Positions 1 to 12,246 of a stretch of 64,000 nucleotides of DNA are shown in pieces; position 1 is the stretch's first letter, and the number at the start of each line of letters is the position of its first letter. The stretch covers positions 186,001 to 250,000 of the forward strand of contig JALMLS010000531.1 in the NCBI GenBank assembly GCA_038496445.1, in the 5' to 3' direction. A program made the translations under genes and the position numbers. The DNA is from Trichosphaerium sp. ATCC 40318 (Eukaryota; Protista; Tubulinea). A model generated the notes under the pieces. It had not been told where the DNA came from and did not search any database. It worked only from the letters and a program-made list of their open reading frames with translations.

Positions 1-3000
1 TTCGACTATGATCACACCTTCGACTGTTATGGTACCATCAACATTGGCGACACCATCAACAATACAGACGCCTTCAACAATAATAACGCCAACTGCAGTT
101 GTCAGCCCTTCAACAGTGAATGTTCCAGCAACGATGATCAACCCGTCAACAGTTCAGACGCCTTCAACCTTGGCAACTCCATCCACGATACAAACACCAT
201 CCACAGTGATAACGCCTTCTTCAGTTGTGAGTCCAGCGACTGTAAATGTTCCTTCAACAATGGTTAATCCTTCAACTGTGGTGACACCATCGACTTTGGC
301 AACTCCTTCAACAATCCAGACACCTTCAACGATTGTTGCCCCAAGTACCATTATCACTCCTTCAACAGTCAATGTACCTTCGACTGTTGTTACGCCATCT
401 AGTGTCGTAGCTCCTTCCACAGTGATTACACCGTCAACGATCATTACACCTTCGACTGTACAGACACCAAGGTAACCTCACAACATTAATCCCAGTTTAC
501 TTATCCTTTGTGTAGTACAATTCAAACACCTTCGACAGTAATCACGCCTTCATCAGTTGTAAGTCCAGCAACGGTTAACGTACCTTCAACAATGCTCAAT
601 CCATCAACTGTGATGACTCCTTCCACCTTGGCGACTCCTTCAACAATACAGACACCATCGACAGTGATCACACCTAGTGCTGTGCAAACGCCATCAACGT
701 TGAGTGTTCCTTCAACAGTAGTTACACCTTCTGCAATTCAGACACCTTCAACAATTGCAACACCTTCCACTATCGCAACACCATCTACTGTTCAGACACC
801 AAGGTACACAAACATCATTTTATGTAACATAAATTAACTTTATTGTAGTACAATACAAACTCCATCGACGATTATCACACCTTCATCTGTTGTGAGTCCA
901 TCAACAGTCAATGTTCCTTCAACGATGGTTAATCCATCAACTGTGATGACGCCTTCCACTTTGGCCACGCCTTCAACAATACAGACACCGTCTACGATCA
1001 TAACACCGAGTGCTGTACAAACACCATCTACGTTGAGTGTTCCTTCAACAGTAGTTACACCTTCAGCGATACAAACGCCGTCTACTATTGCAACACCTTC
1101 CACGATTGCAACGCCATCAACGGTGCAGACGCCAAGGCACGTAACTAATGAGATTTTACTTTATTAACTTGTTACTAGTACCATCCAAACACCTTCAACA
1201 ACGATCACACCATCTTCAGTTGTATCTCCGGCCACTGTCAATGTCCCATCGACAGTGATTACACCATCCACTATTATTACACCGTCAAGTGTTGCGACAC
1301 CTTCGACGATCCAGACACCATCAACAGTAATCACACCTTCCTCAGTCGTAAGTCCAGCAACAGTGAACGTGCCATCAACGATGATCACTCCATCTACAGT
1401 GATGGCTCCTTCAACATTGGCAACGCCTTCAACAATACAGACACCTTCTACGACTATAACACCAACAGCTGTTGTGAGCCCGGCCACTGTTAATGTGCCG
1501 TCAACAATGCTTACTCCTTCCGCTGTTGTTGTACCTTCGACAGTTGCAACTCCTTCAACAATTGTAGCCCCATCAACAGTTGTTACCCCGTCTACTATCA
1601 GCACACCGTCTACTGTACAAACTCCAAGGTAAGTAATAACTATCTAAGACAAACAAATGCACCTAACAACTTTGTAGTACGATACAGACACCAGCAACCA
1701 TAGTCACACCTTCCTCGGTAGTGAGTCCAGCAACAGTGAATGTACCTTCAACGATGATCACTCCTTCGACGGTGATGGTCCCTTCAACACAGGCAACGCC
1801 TTCCACTATTGCAACCCCTTCAACTATTGTGGCTCCTTCGACAGTGATCACCCCTTCAACAATAGTTGCACCGTCCACTGTGGTAACACCATCAACAATC
1901 AGCACTCCATCAACAACGATAACACCGAGTGCTGTGCAGACACCATCAACATTGAGCGTTCCTTCAACAGTTGTTACACCTTCAGCAATACAAACACCAT
2001 CGACAGTTGCAACACCTTCCACTATTGCAACGCCTTCTACAATTCAGACGCCTTCCACCATTGCAACACCTTCAACTATTCAAACACCAAGGTACGAATA
2101 ACAATGGTACCTATTTGAAATTAACTTTATTGTAGTACTATTCAGGCACCGTCCACGATTATTACACCTTCTTCAGTTGTTGGACCATCAACAGTCAATG
2201 TACCTTCGACTATGGTGACACCTTCAACGATTGCAACACCGTCTACGATAGTCAGTCCAGCTACAGTGGCTACTCCTTCGACTGTTAACGTTCCATCTAC
2301 AGTCCAAACACCAAGGTACTCTTCGTTAATCATCTCTAGAAAGCTCAATTTTTTGTTCAGTACCATTCAGACTCCTTCTACAATGATCACACCGTCATCA
2401 GTTGTGAGTCCAGCGACTCTCAATGTTCCTTCAACGATGGTTAATCCATCGACTGTGATAACACCATCGACTTTGGCAACTCCTTCAACAATCCAGACAC
2501 CTTCAACGATTGTTGCCCCAAGTACCATTATCACTCCTTCAACAGTCAATGTACCTTCGACTGTTGTTACGCCATCTAGTGTCATAGCTCCTTCCACAGT
2601 GATTACACCGTCAACGATCATGACACCTTCGACTGTACAGACACCAAGGTACCTCACAACGGAGTAATCTCAGTTTACTTATCCTTTGTGTAGTACAATT
2701 CAAACACCTTCAACAGTAATCACGCCTTCATCAGTTGTAAGTCCAGCAACGGTTAACGTACCTTCAACAATGGTTAATCCATCAACTGTGATGACTCCTT
2801 CTACATTGGCAACACCTTCAACAATACAGACACCATCGACAGTGATCACACCTAGTGCTGTACAGACACCATCAACGTTGAGTGTTCCATCAACAGTAGT
2901 TACACCTTCAGCGATACAGACTCCTTCGACTGTTGCTACACCTTCTACTATTCAGACGCCATCAACAGTGCAGACGCCAAGGTATTTATAGAACACGTTT

Positions 3001-6000
3001 TTATTTGTTTGTATTAACTTGTTGCTAGTACCATCCAAACACCATCAACGACGATCACTCCATCTTCAGTTGTAACTCCATCAACAGTCAATGTACCATC
3101 GACTATGATCACTCCATCCACTGTAATGGTACCTTCAACATTGGCAACACCTTCAACGATACAGACGCCTTCAACAGTGATCACACCTTCTTCTGTTGTG
3201 AGCCCAGCGACAGTCAATGTTCCATCGACGATGATAACTCCATCAACTGTAATGACTCCCTCTACCTTGGCAACGCCGTCTACAATTCAGACACCTTCCA
3301 CAGTAGTCACACCGTCGTCAGTCGTTAGTCCTGCGACTGTGAATGTTCCTTCAACTATGGTTACACCTTCAACTGTAATGACACCATCAACCTTGGCAAC
3401 CCCTTCGACTATACAGACGCCATCAACAGTGATAACGCCTTCATCTGTTGTTAGTCCATCTACAGTGAATGTGCCTTCAACGATGATAACTCCATCAACA
3501 GTTATGACGCCATCTACTTTGGCAACACCGTCGACAATCCAAACACCGTCTACGATTATAACCCCAACGGCAGTAGTGAGTCCAGCTACAGTGAACGTGC
3601 CTTCCACAATGCTCAATCCGTCAACTGTGATGACTCCTTCCACATTGGCAACGCCATCTACGATTCAAACACCTTCTACAACAATAACTCCAACAGCGGT
3701 TGTGAGTCCTGCAACAGTCAACGTTCCATCGACAATGCTCACACCTTCAACTGTGAATGTACCTTCAACAGTTGCAACACCAGCAACAATCAGCACGCCA
3801 TCCACAGTTGTGACACCCTCAACAATTCAGGCACCTTCCACTCTTGTTGTACCTTCAACTGTTGTGACTCCATCAACTGTCCAGACACCATCGACAATAC
3901 AGACACCAAGGTACGCTTAACTATTCAAACAACGTATTATTTCTCTGATAAATTATTTTTGTAGTACAATACAGACACCGTCTACAACAATAACACCAAG
4001 TTCTGTTGTCAGTCCCGCAACGGTAAATGTACCTTCCACGATGATTACTCCATCAACTGTGATGACACCTTCCACATTGGCTACTCCTTCGACCATCCAG
4101 ACGCCATCAACAGTGATAACGCCTACAGCAGTGGTGAGTCCAGCAACAGTTAATGTTCCATCGACAATGATAACACCTTCATCTGTTGTTGTTCCATCAA
4201 CCGTTGCAACACCTGCAACTATCGCAACACCTGCCACAATTAATGCTCCTTCCACAATTGTGACACCATCAACGATAAATAGTCCAGCGACAGTTATTAC
4301 TCCATCAACAGTTAATGTCCCATCTACATTGATAACACCATCTACTGTTCAGACGCCATCAACGTTGGCAACACCTTCAACAATACAGACGCCTTCGACA
4401 GTGGTAACTCCGTCTTCAGTTGTGAGCCCTGCAACTACGAACGTACCTTCAACAATGATCACACCTTCAACTGTTATGACACCATCAACTTTGGCGACGC
4501 CTTCTACAATTCAGACACCATCAACTGTTATCACACCTTCTTCAGTTGTGAGTCCAGCGACAGTTAATGTACCTTCAACGATGATCACACCTTCTACGGT
4601 TATGGTACCTTCAACATTGGCGACACCATCCACGATACAAACGCCATCAACAGTTGTGACGCCATCCACAATAAGCGCGCCTTCCACTGTGATTACACCG
4701 TCAACGATAAATACACCAGCTACTGTTCAGACACCAAGGTACAAGTTTGTTATATAAGCTGTTTTCTAAAGTTCTCTGTTTAGTACAATCCAGACACCAT
4801 CAACAGTGGTCACACCTTCTTCGGTTGTGAGCCCATCAACGGTTAACGTGCCTTCTACTATGATCAATCCTTCAACTGTGATGACTCCATCCACATTGGC
4901 GACTCCTTCCACAATACAGACTCCATCTACGATCATAACACCGAGTGCTGTACAGACACCATCGACGTTGAGTGTTCCTTCGACTGTTGTCACACCTTCT
5001 GCGATACAAACACCATCTACCATTGCAACACCTTCCACTATTGCAACACCATCAACAGTACAGACGCCAAGGTATGTAGAGGTTTTAGGTTACCAGTTTT
5101 AACTTTTTGTTACTAGTACCATCCAAACACCGTCAACAACAATCACTCCATCTTCAGTTGTATCTCCGGCCACTGTCAATGTCCCATCGACAGTCATAAC
5201 ACCTGCATCCGTGGTTGTTCCATCAACTATTGCGACACCTTCGACGATCCAGACGCCATCAACAGTGATTGCACCAAGTTCAGTTGTCAGTCCTGCAACA
5301 GTGAATGTTCCTTCAACAATGGTTACGCCGTCCACAGTGATGACACCTTCCACATTGGCAACACCATCAACGATACAGACACCATCGACAGTGATCACAC
5401 CGAGCGCTGTACAGACACCATCAACGTTGAGTGTTCCTTCAACTGTTGTTACACCTTCTGCAATTCAGACACCTTCAACAATTGCAACACCTTCCACTAT
5501 CGCAACACCATCTACTGTTCAGACACCAAGGTACACAAATAACTATTTATGTAACACATAAATTAACTTTATTGTAGTACAATACAAACTCCATCGACGA
5601 TTATCACACCTTCGTCTGTTGTGAGTCCATCAACAGTGAATGTACCTTCAACGATGGTTAATCCTTCAACGGTAATGACACCTTCAACTTTGGCAACACC
5701 TTCAACGATACAGACACCATCTACGATCATCACACCTAGTGCTGTACAGACACCATCAACGTTGAGTGTTCCTTCGACTGTAGTTACACCTTCTGCAATA
5801 CAGACACCTTCAACAATTGCAACACCTTCCACTATCGTAACACCATCAACTGTGCAGACTCCAAGGCATGTGTAACATATTTATATTATTATTAACTTGT
5901 TGCTAGTACCATCCAAACGCCTGCAACAGCTATAACGCCGTCTTCAGTCGTGTCTCCAGCCACTGTTAATGTGCCATCGACAATGATCACACCTTCAACG

Positions 6001-7120
6001 GTAATGGTGCCTTCGACTTTGGCATCACCTTCAACAATACAGACACCATCTACACCAACGGCAGTTGTTACTCCATCAACGATCAATGTCCCTTCAACGA
6101 TGCTTACACCTTCATCAGTGATGGCCCCTTCAACCTTGGCTACCCCGTCAACTATTCAGACGCCATCGACTGTGATCACGCCTTCTTCAGTTGTGAGTCC
6201 AGCGACTGTAAATGTTCCTTCGACGATGATCACACCATCAACTGTGATGACACCTTCCTCACTGGCAACGCCTTCTACGATCCAAACACCATCCACTACA
6301 ATAACTCCAAGGTAATAATAGTAGTCATTTATTAAAATCACTAATGTCTTCGTAGTACTGTACAGACACCTTCTACAGTTGTAACACCATCGTCAGTTGT
6401 GAGTCCAGCAACTGTAAATGTTCCTTCAGCGATGATTACACCTTCAACTGTGATGGTACCTTCAACGCTGGCTACACCATCATCAATTGCAACACCAGCA
6501 ACGATAAATGCTCCGGCTACTGTAATCACACCTTCAACGATCAATGCCCCTTCGACAGTGATTACACCTTCCACTATTAACACTCCATCAACAGTACAAA
6601 CACCTTCAACTATCGCTACACCAAGGTACATTAGTCACAACCCCAGAGTCTAATTTCTCTAACACTTCCTTTAAAGCACAATTAATACACCTTCGACGAT
6701 TCTTACACCGTCATCTGTTGTATCACCTTCAACCTTGGTTACGCCATCAACGATTAGTGCACCTTCAACGTTGATTACGCCTTCTAGCGTAGTGACCCCT
6801 TCTGCTGTGTTTGTTCCATCTACGATGCAAACACCTTCGACTATAATGGCTCCATCAACAACAATAACACCAACAACCATCGTGACTCCCTCAACGATAA
6901 GTTCACCATCCACAATTATCACACCGTCGACAACCATAACACCTAGCACCACAGTAACACCTTCGACCATCAACGCACCCGCTACGGTAGTTACACCTTC
7001 GACTGTATTCACACCATCAACTGTGACCACTCCGTCTACAATCAACGCACCTGCGACAGTGTTGACTCCTTCGACGATAAACGTACCAGCGACTATACAG
7101 ACCCCATCAACTATAATCGC
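1..7120 (+). repeat. Coding tandem repeat: 18-nt/6-aa unit with a higher-order 7-unit (42-aa) block STIQTP-STVITP-SSVVSP-ATVNVP-STMITP-STVMTP-STLATP
   Basis: Directly visible in the translations; third codon positions vary strongly while the amino-acid pattern is kept. Confidence 0.95.
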
Positions 7121-8259
7121 ACCAGTCGCACCAACACAACCACCAACGTGTGTACCTCTCACAGAGCAACCATGTGATAACATTGGCTCGCTTCAATTCC
7201 TTGTGAACAAAATATACGCTGGAAATTGTAACATGCCTCTAAAGGGCACAGTACGTTATCCTTATCATCTACAATCCTCAAAAAACTAATATCTTAATAG
7301 CCTATATTCCAACAAAGGCTTCGCACTGCCAATTCATCTGATACTTCTAACTTCTGGGATCCTACAAGAGGTATTTTCCGTGCAGATTACGATCTTTTAG
7401 ATTTTGGACCATTGGTTGAACAAGTTGGCACTCTTTCAATCTCATCCAATAATCTATTCGCTGATGGAAATAACCTTGTCAGTGGCGTTATGATAGGCGA
7501 ATTTTCAGTAGACGTAGGCACGTGCCAAAAAAAATCCGCGAAATATTTCTTGCTTTTCTCATTTTATTTCCAGCTAAAGTTCAAGCTTCACTCCCTCTTG
7601 TCTCACTCATGATCCCTGGGTATGTTCATGCTTACTTTGATCACTGTCTAATTGCATTAAAAGGCCGCAGTTCACTGTAACATTTGTGGTGGAGGGTAGT
7701 AGAATACTCCCTCAAGGACAAGGTGAATCTCCAAATACTTATATTGGAAACACATTATTCCTACTTGGTTTTGAGGTATGTAGCCAAAGTAGATCATACT
7801 GTACCGTCAGCTTAACATCATTATTATTTAGCCTACAACTTCGAGCAGTACATGCTTTGGTACAATAGGATATCTTACTGCTGATCAATCGTTGGCTGGT
7901 CAATGTGACATGTGTGAAACTGGCTGTATGCCAAACAGTTGTCCAAACTTAGATTGTGCCACAGGTACGCTGCTTTTTTATTTACAAAGGTTTTGTCTGT
8001 ATATGCATTTCTAATCACCTTGGTCACAGGAGATTCCATGTCTCTACCATCATTCGATTTTGTTGAACAGTTCAGAGCAATTGCTGTTGACAGCTCAACA
8101 GATATGATCCAAGTTCTTCCAAACGGACCTTATCAAAGACATGTTACAAAGAATCCTACACGTGTACTAGTCACAGGTATGACATTGGTAGCTCTATTTA
8201 TAGATAAATACACAATTTTGTTGACATTCGCAGAAATAACATCAAAACTTAGGACCTAG
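1..8259 (+). CDS. Giant Ser/Thr/Pro/Val hexapeptide-repeat (mucin-like) protein, 5'-truncated by the window, with a Cys-containing non-repeat C-terminal region; multi-exon, 3' end ambiguous
   Basis: About 2,100 aa of [S/A][T/S]xx[T/V/S/A]P repeats become one frame after removing 15 introns of 41-54 nt: 472-515, 804-848, 1137-1178, 1629-1677, 2092-2135, 2316-2360, 2649-2693, 2982-3028, 3911-3964, 4739-4783, 5072-5116, 5531-5577, 5866-5906, 6312-6355, 6626-6676. The frame continues through further introns (7251-7300, 7518-7573, one near 7620-7663, 7776-7831, 7965-8029). It stops at 8257-8259 if the CAG acceptor at 8233 is used. Confidence 0.85.
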
Positions 8260-10401
8260 CATGAGTGGTACTGTTCGGAATAGTTTTAGAGTTAATGTGA
8301 TTTACAGAAACGTGTTTAGGGAAATCAAAGCTTGTATTACAGTTTAGACTCTTAACAGAGGAAAAATTAACCCCTTGGGAGCATAATGATTACTCTAGCA
8401 AGGGTATATCATTTGTACAGAGGTTCTTGCAAGTTTTATCTACACAACCTGAATTTTCAACTTTGGGCAGCGTAAGATACATCTAAAGCACTAATTAGTA
8501 ATACGTGACATAAAATAGACAACACAAGATATGGTGAAGTCGTTTTTAGATATGTCTGATTACACGTGGACACAACAACTCATTGACGCTTTAAAACTGT
8601 ATTTATTTTTCTAAGTCAATCTCTTTTATGTACTAAGTCTTGGGTAGGTTGAAAGACAACAAAGAATTAATGGACATGATTTTGTATACTGACTTTAAAT
8701 GTATCGTTTTATCCTGTAAGGACAACATGAAAGCGTGAGTGGATTGTTAACCTTACGTCATGACGTTTGTTTTAACTTTTTTTTTTAAGTTACATTGATT
8801 CAATTTGCTCTCAAACTGCAGATTCTTTCTTTGTGAGTTATGAACAAAGACTTAACTATCATTCACGTTCTTCCAGCATTAATGAGGTAGAGGGTGAAGT
8901 TGATGGTACTGACTATAGATTGGGGGATGTTGGAGGTTTGTCTTTGCAAGTCTTTGTGTTTTAGACTTTTTTCTTTTCTTCTATGTCAAATCCTTCTAGG
9001 AAGTCGTACTGAGAGGAGACGGTGGCGTTATTTTTCTAATGGCTTGGATTGTATTATCTATTGTATGTCTCTTGATAGGTATCCTTGTGTTTTCTTGAAT
9101 TTTTCTTGCTATGTTTAACCCTTTCGCTCAACAAAAGTTACTTGTACTACCTTTGGGAAGATGATACAATTAATGCGTTTGAAGAGTCATTGGGATTACT
9201 TGAAGCTCTAATACACAGTTCTTTTTTCAATGCGCCTGTTGTCCTTGTAATGACAAAACTTGATATGTTTGACAAAGAAATACAAAAGTGTCCAGAAAAG
9301 TTTAGAGAGTTCTTCCCTAGTTACAAAGGTACTAACCGGTTTACCCACGTAACTTATATATATGCGATAGGAACAATGAATTTATATGATTGCGCCATGC
9401 ACGTGTTCAATGTCATTTGTTCAAGGCTAGATAACTCAACGTGTTTCCTTGGGGCTACCTTTGCATCTTTGATAGAAAATCCTAATGCGATATCATATAT
9501 TTTAAGACAAACTCCAGAGAAAGTAGACTTGTTTAGTGACACAGGAAAACAATATTCACCTTGTATGTATAGTTGCAAACCTTTAATAATTACACTAATT
9601 CCTTCATGTCTAGTATCAGCCATCCGGCCTTTCATGTTTCCAATAAAAACATCGACACTGCTACTTGATGTAGCAAAATTAAGCCAAGAACTATACGCCA
9701 ACATGAACACAGATAATGCCTTTATTTGTTCCATACGCAAATACAGATCTCGTAAAGGTAAAACCAAAGCGTCACAACTAAAATACCTCAGAAAGTTGTA
9801 CAAATCAAACACTCATGACTTTGCTATTAAGACTGGAACAGATTGTATTAAATGTCACAAGGTAAGCTCCTATTTTCTTTTGCTTCTACTGACATAATTC
9901 AACTAGGCAATATTGATGTGCCGAGCTACATTCTTTGAAGGAGCTATTCTTTCCAACAATCTTGGGACAGATGGTGACGGCGATACAAGCATTACCTTAG
10001 AAGAAGATGCGTTCATTATCAGAACTTTTATTCAGTTTGCATACTTTGATGACATACCTTCTAATCTTGATTTGGATACTCTATTGAATCTCTTAAAATT
10101 CTCAGATAAGTATTGTATAGATTCTCTACAATCTGTCGTGATATTTTATGTATTTAATCATAGTACACGTGATAAGATTACTAACAGTGACGAAGATTAT
10201 TATCTTTCAAAAATGAGCGAATTTCTTGACTATGGATTATTGGGATGCAACTCGTTCATCATAAACAATATAACTTCATGGTTTCTCTATCAGGAATCCA
10301 AAACGCTAAACAGGTTTCTTAACAAACACAAGAAAGCTGTTGCAGTGAAGTATCTCTTAGATCAAACAGTTCTGGTGCTACAAGACACTGATGAACCTTA
10401 A
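8038..10401 (+). CDS. Divergent heterotrimeric G-protein alpha subunit fused to a C-terminal BTB/POZ domain; multi-exon
   Basis: Spliced translation gives a P-loop RVLVTGPSMSGKSKLVLQFRLL (uses a 15-nt micro-exon at 8253-8267), a helical domain, G3 DVGGSRTERRRWRYF, WEDDTINAFEESLGLL and G4 VLVMTKLD. It then reads THDFAIKTGTDCIKCHK|AILMCRATFFEG...FIQFAYFD...LLKFSDKYCIDSL, the BTB pattern. Confidence 0.85.
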
Positions 10402-10640
10402 AAAAGAAAATATTCAAATAGGAGTATAGACATAAGGCACCACAGTAATTAAATCATTTGTAATCTAGCATGTGATTCTGCTAACAAAGCTCAGTGAAAA
10501 ATAGTTACAGAAACATCTCTGTACTCAAGATTGCTTCTCGGACAAGTTAACGTCTTTGTTTTTTCTGGACTTTGAGCCGGATGTTTAAGTGAATGACGTT
10601 AAGTGAGTACTTCAGAAATAGATCATAAAGAAGGAGCACA

Positions 10641-11668
10641 ATGACCTCTGTCAACTTACTTGAACAAGTTGTAGCAAATCCTATCGCATACGAAGCGGTT
10701 ATGATTAACTTTTCTGCAAACGACTTTATTAGTGTGTCACTAACTTGTAAAGCAATATGCAGTCATTCACGGAGCCATACGTTGACTAATGTATACAAAA
10801 TATGGTATTCTGATGATTACAAAGACAATGTACTTGCTGGACGCAACGACTGGTACAGAAAACGCGTTGCGCGTTATTTTAAAGACACTTTCAACCAAAC
10901 GGACTTGCGAGATCGGTTCAAGGCTAGATCCGCTTACAGCTACAAAGTGAACGCTATTATGCAAACCGGGGCACGTCAAGGGTTCTTGGATGCGACCAAG
11001 ACGAAAATAAAGGTAAAAAGGAGTGGCATTCCGAAGCAAAAAATCCTTGAGCTTAAAAAGGCTGACTTGGAGATCTTAATTGGTTCTATAAGGCATCCTC
11101 CTGGTGTTGCTTGTATACTCATTACAACTTACGATGACTATCTCGATATTGATGAACTGAATGAAGTTGTAGGGTAAAAATTCAACCACGTCGGTTATAT
11201 TTTGACTTTTTTTTTTTCAGGCATGCCTTCTTGTCAGTTTCTGACCCTGGAAATATTTTCTTGGCAATAATTAATGGCAGACTGGAGTGGTTCTTTCCTC
11301 ACGTCGCTGAGAAGCCTTGTAAGGATATAAAAGGTACTCATGTTGATGATGTAGAACCAGGAGAGAGACTGCCTGCTTGTTATAATACAAGAAATCTTAT
11401 AATGTCTTTAAATATGTCATGTGGTATGTCTATAAACATAAGTGAGATGGATCATTTAGGAAACGTTATATTAACGTATATAACAATATGGGGAGATAAA
11501 CTTTTGCCGTTTTTTGTTGGTGATGACATTAGAGATTCTACAAAATGGAGTTTAAAGTGTCTTGCTAATAATGCACCAGACGTTGATATTGAAAAAATGA
11601 ATTATCCTTGCGATAATAAGACAGCTCAACAATGGTGTAGCATAACAGATTGGTCGTTTGTTGAGTAG
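10641..11668 (+). CDS. Hypothetical protein, 2 exons, weak F-box-like N-terminus
   Basis: ORFs 10641-11177 and 11231-11668 join in frame across a GT-AG intron at 11174-11220; FSANDFISVSLTCKAI resembles the second half of an F-box. Confidence 0.6.
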
Positions 11669-12246
11669 ACATTTATGCAGTGAGAGAATAAATTATTAAC
11701 ATTACACGTGATTAGACCAATCATCCTCAATCCCAACAAAAGCGGTGCAAGACGATCTGGAGGAAAGGAACGCACGGTCCCTGGCCGATAGCTCTGGGCA
11801 GAGCTAGCATGTGTGAGGTTTATTTACAAAACATGAGCGCGAATGCAATAAAATACGAATAAAGAAAATTTTGTTCCAAAGGGTGATTTCTGCTTGCTAT
11901 CGTATAAACCTGCTTGAGTCGGTTGTCTGTCTTGTTGTATCAGTCCAGTTTGTTCAAACGCCTGAAATGTCTCATGTTCAGACATTATCAATAAAAAAGA
12001 CTGACAACATTTTTGAACTTGTTCAACAGATTCTCCGGGTCAGCTGCTATGTTTACCTTAACTTTTTAATGAAACCTCTTAGTATCTTTGTTAAAAAAGG
12101 ACTTGTTATAGCAGCTTGTATGAGAATCTAACAATTAGTACAAGAAAATAAACAACGTCAACAAGGAGACAAGTCAAAGCGAATCTGCATGTACAACTTA
12201 ATTTGTGAAAGTGCAACTACTCGAAATAGTGTAAAGGTTGCAATCA

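Noticed and set aside
1-7120. CRISPR-like or satellite reading of repeats interrupted by ~45-nt unique segments
   Set aside because: The unique segments are GT/GC-AG introns and the repeats vary at third codon positions; eukaryotic context and no cas genes.
154-7183. Many minus-strand ORFs with (V/I)xV(D/E)G repeats resembling beta-helix proteins
   Set aside because: They are the antisense shadow of the Ser/Thr/Pro/Val codons; splice signals and exon phases support only the plus strand.
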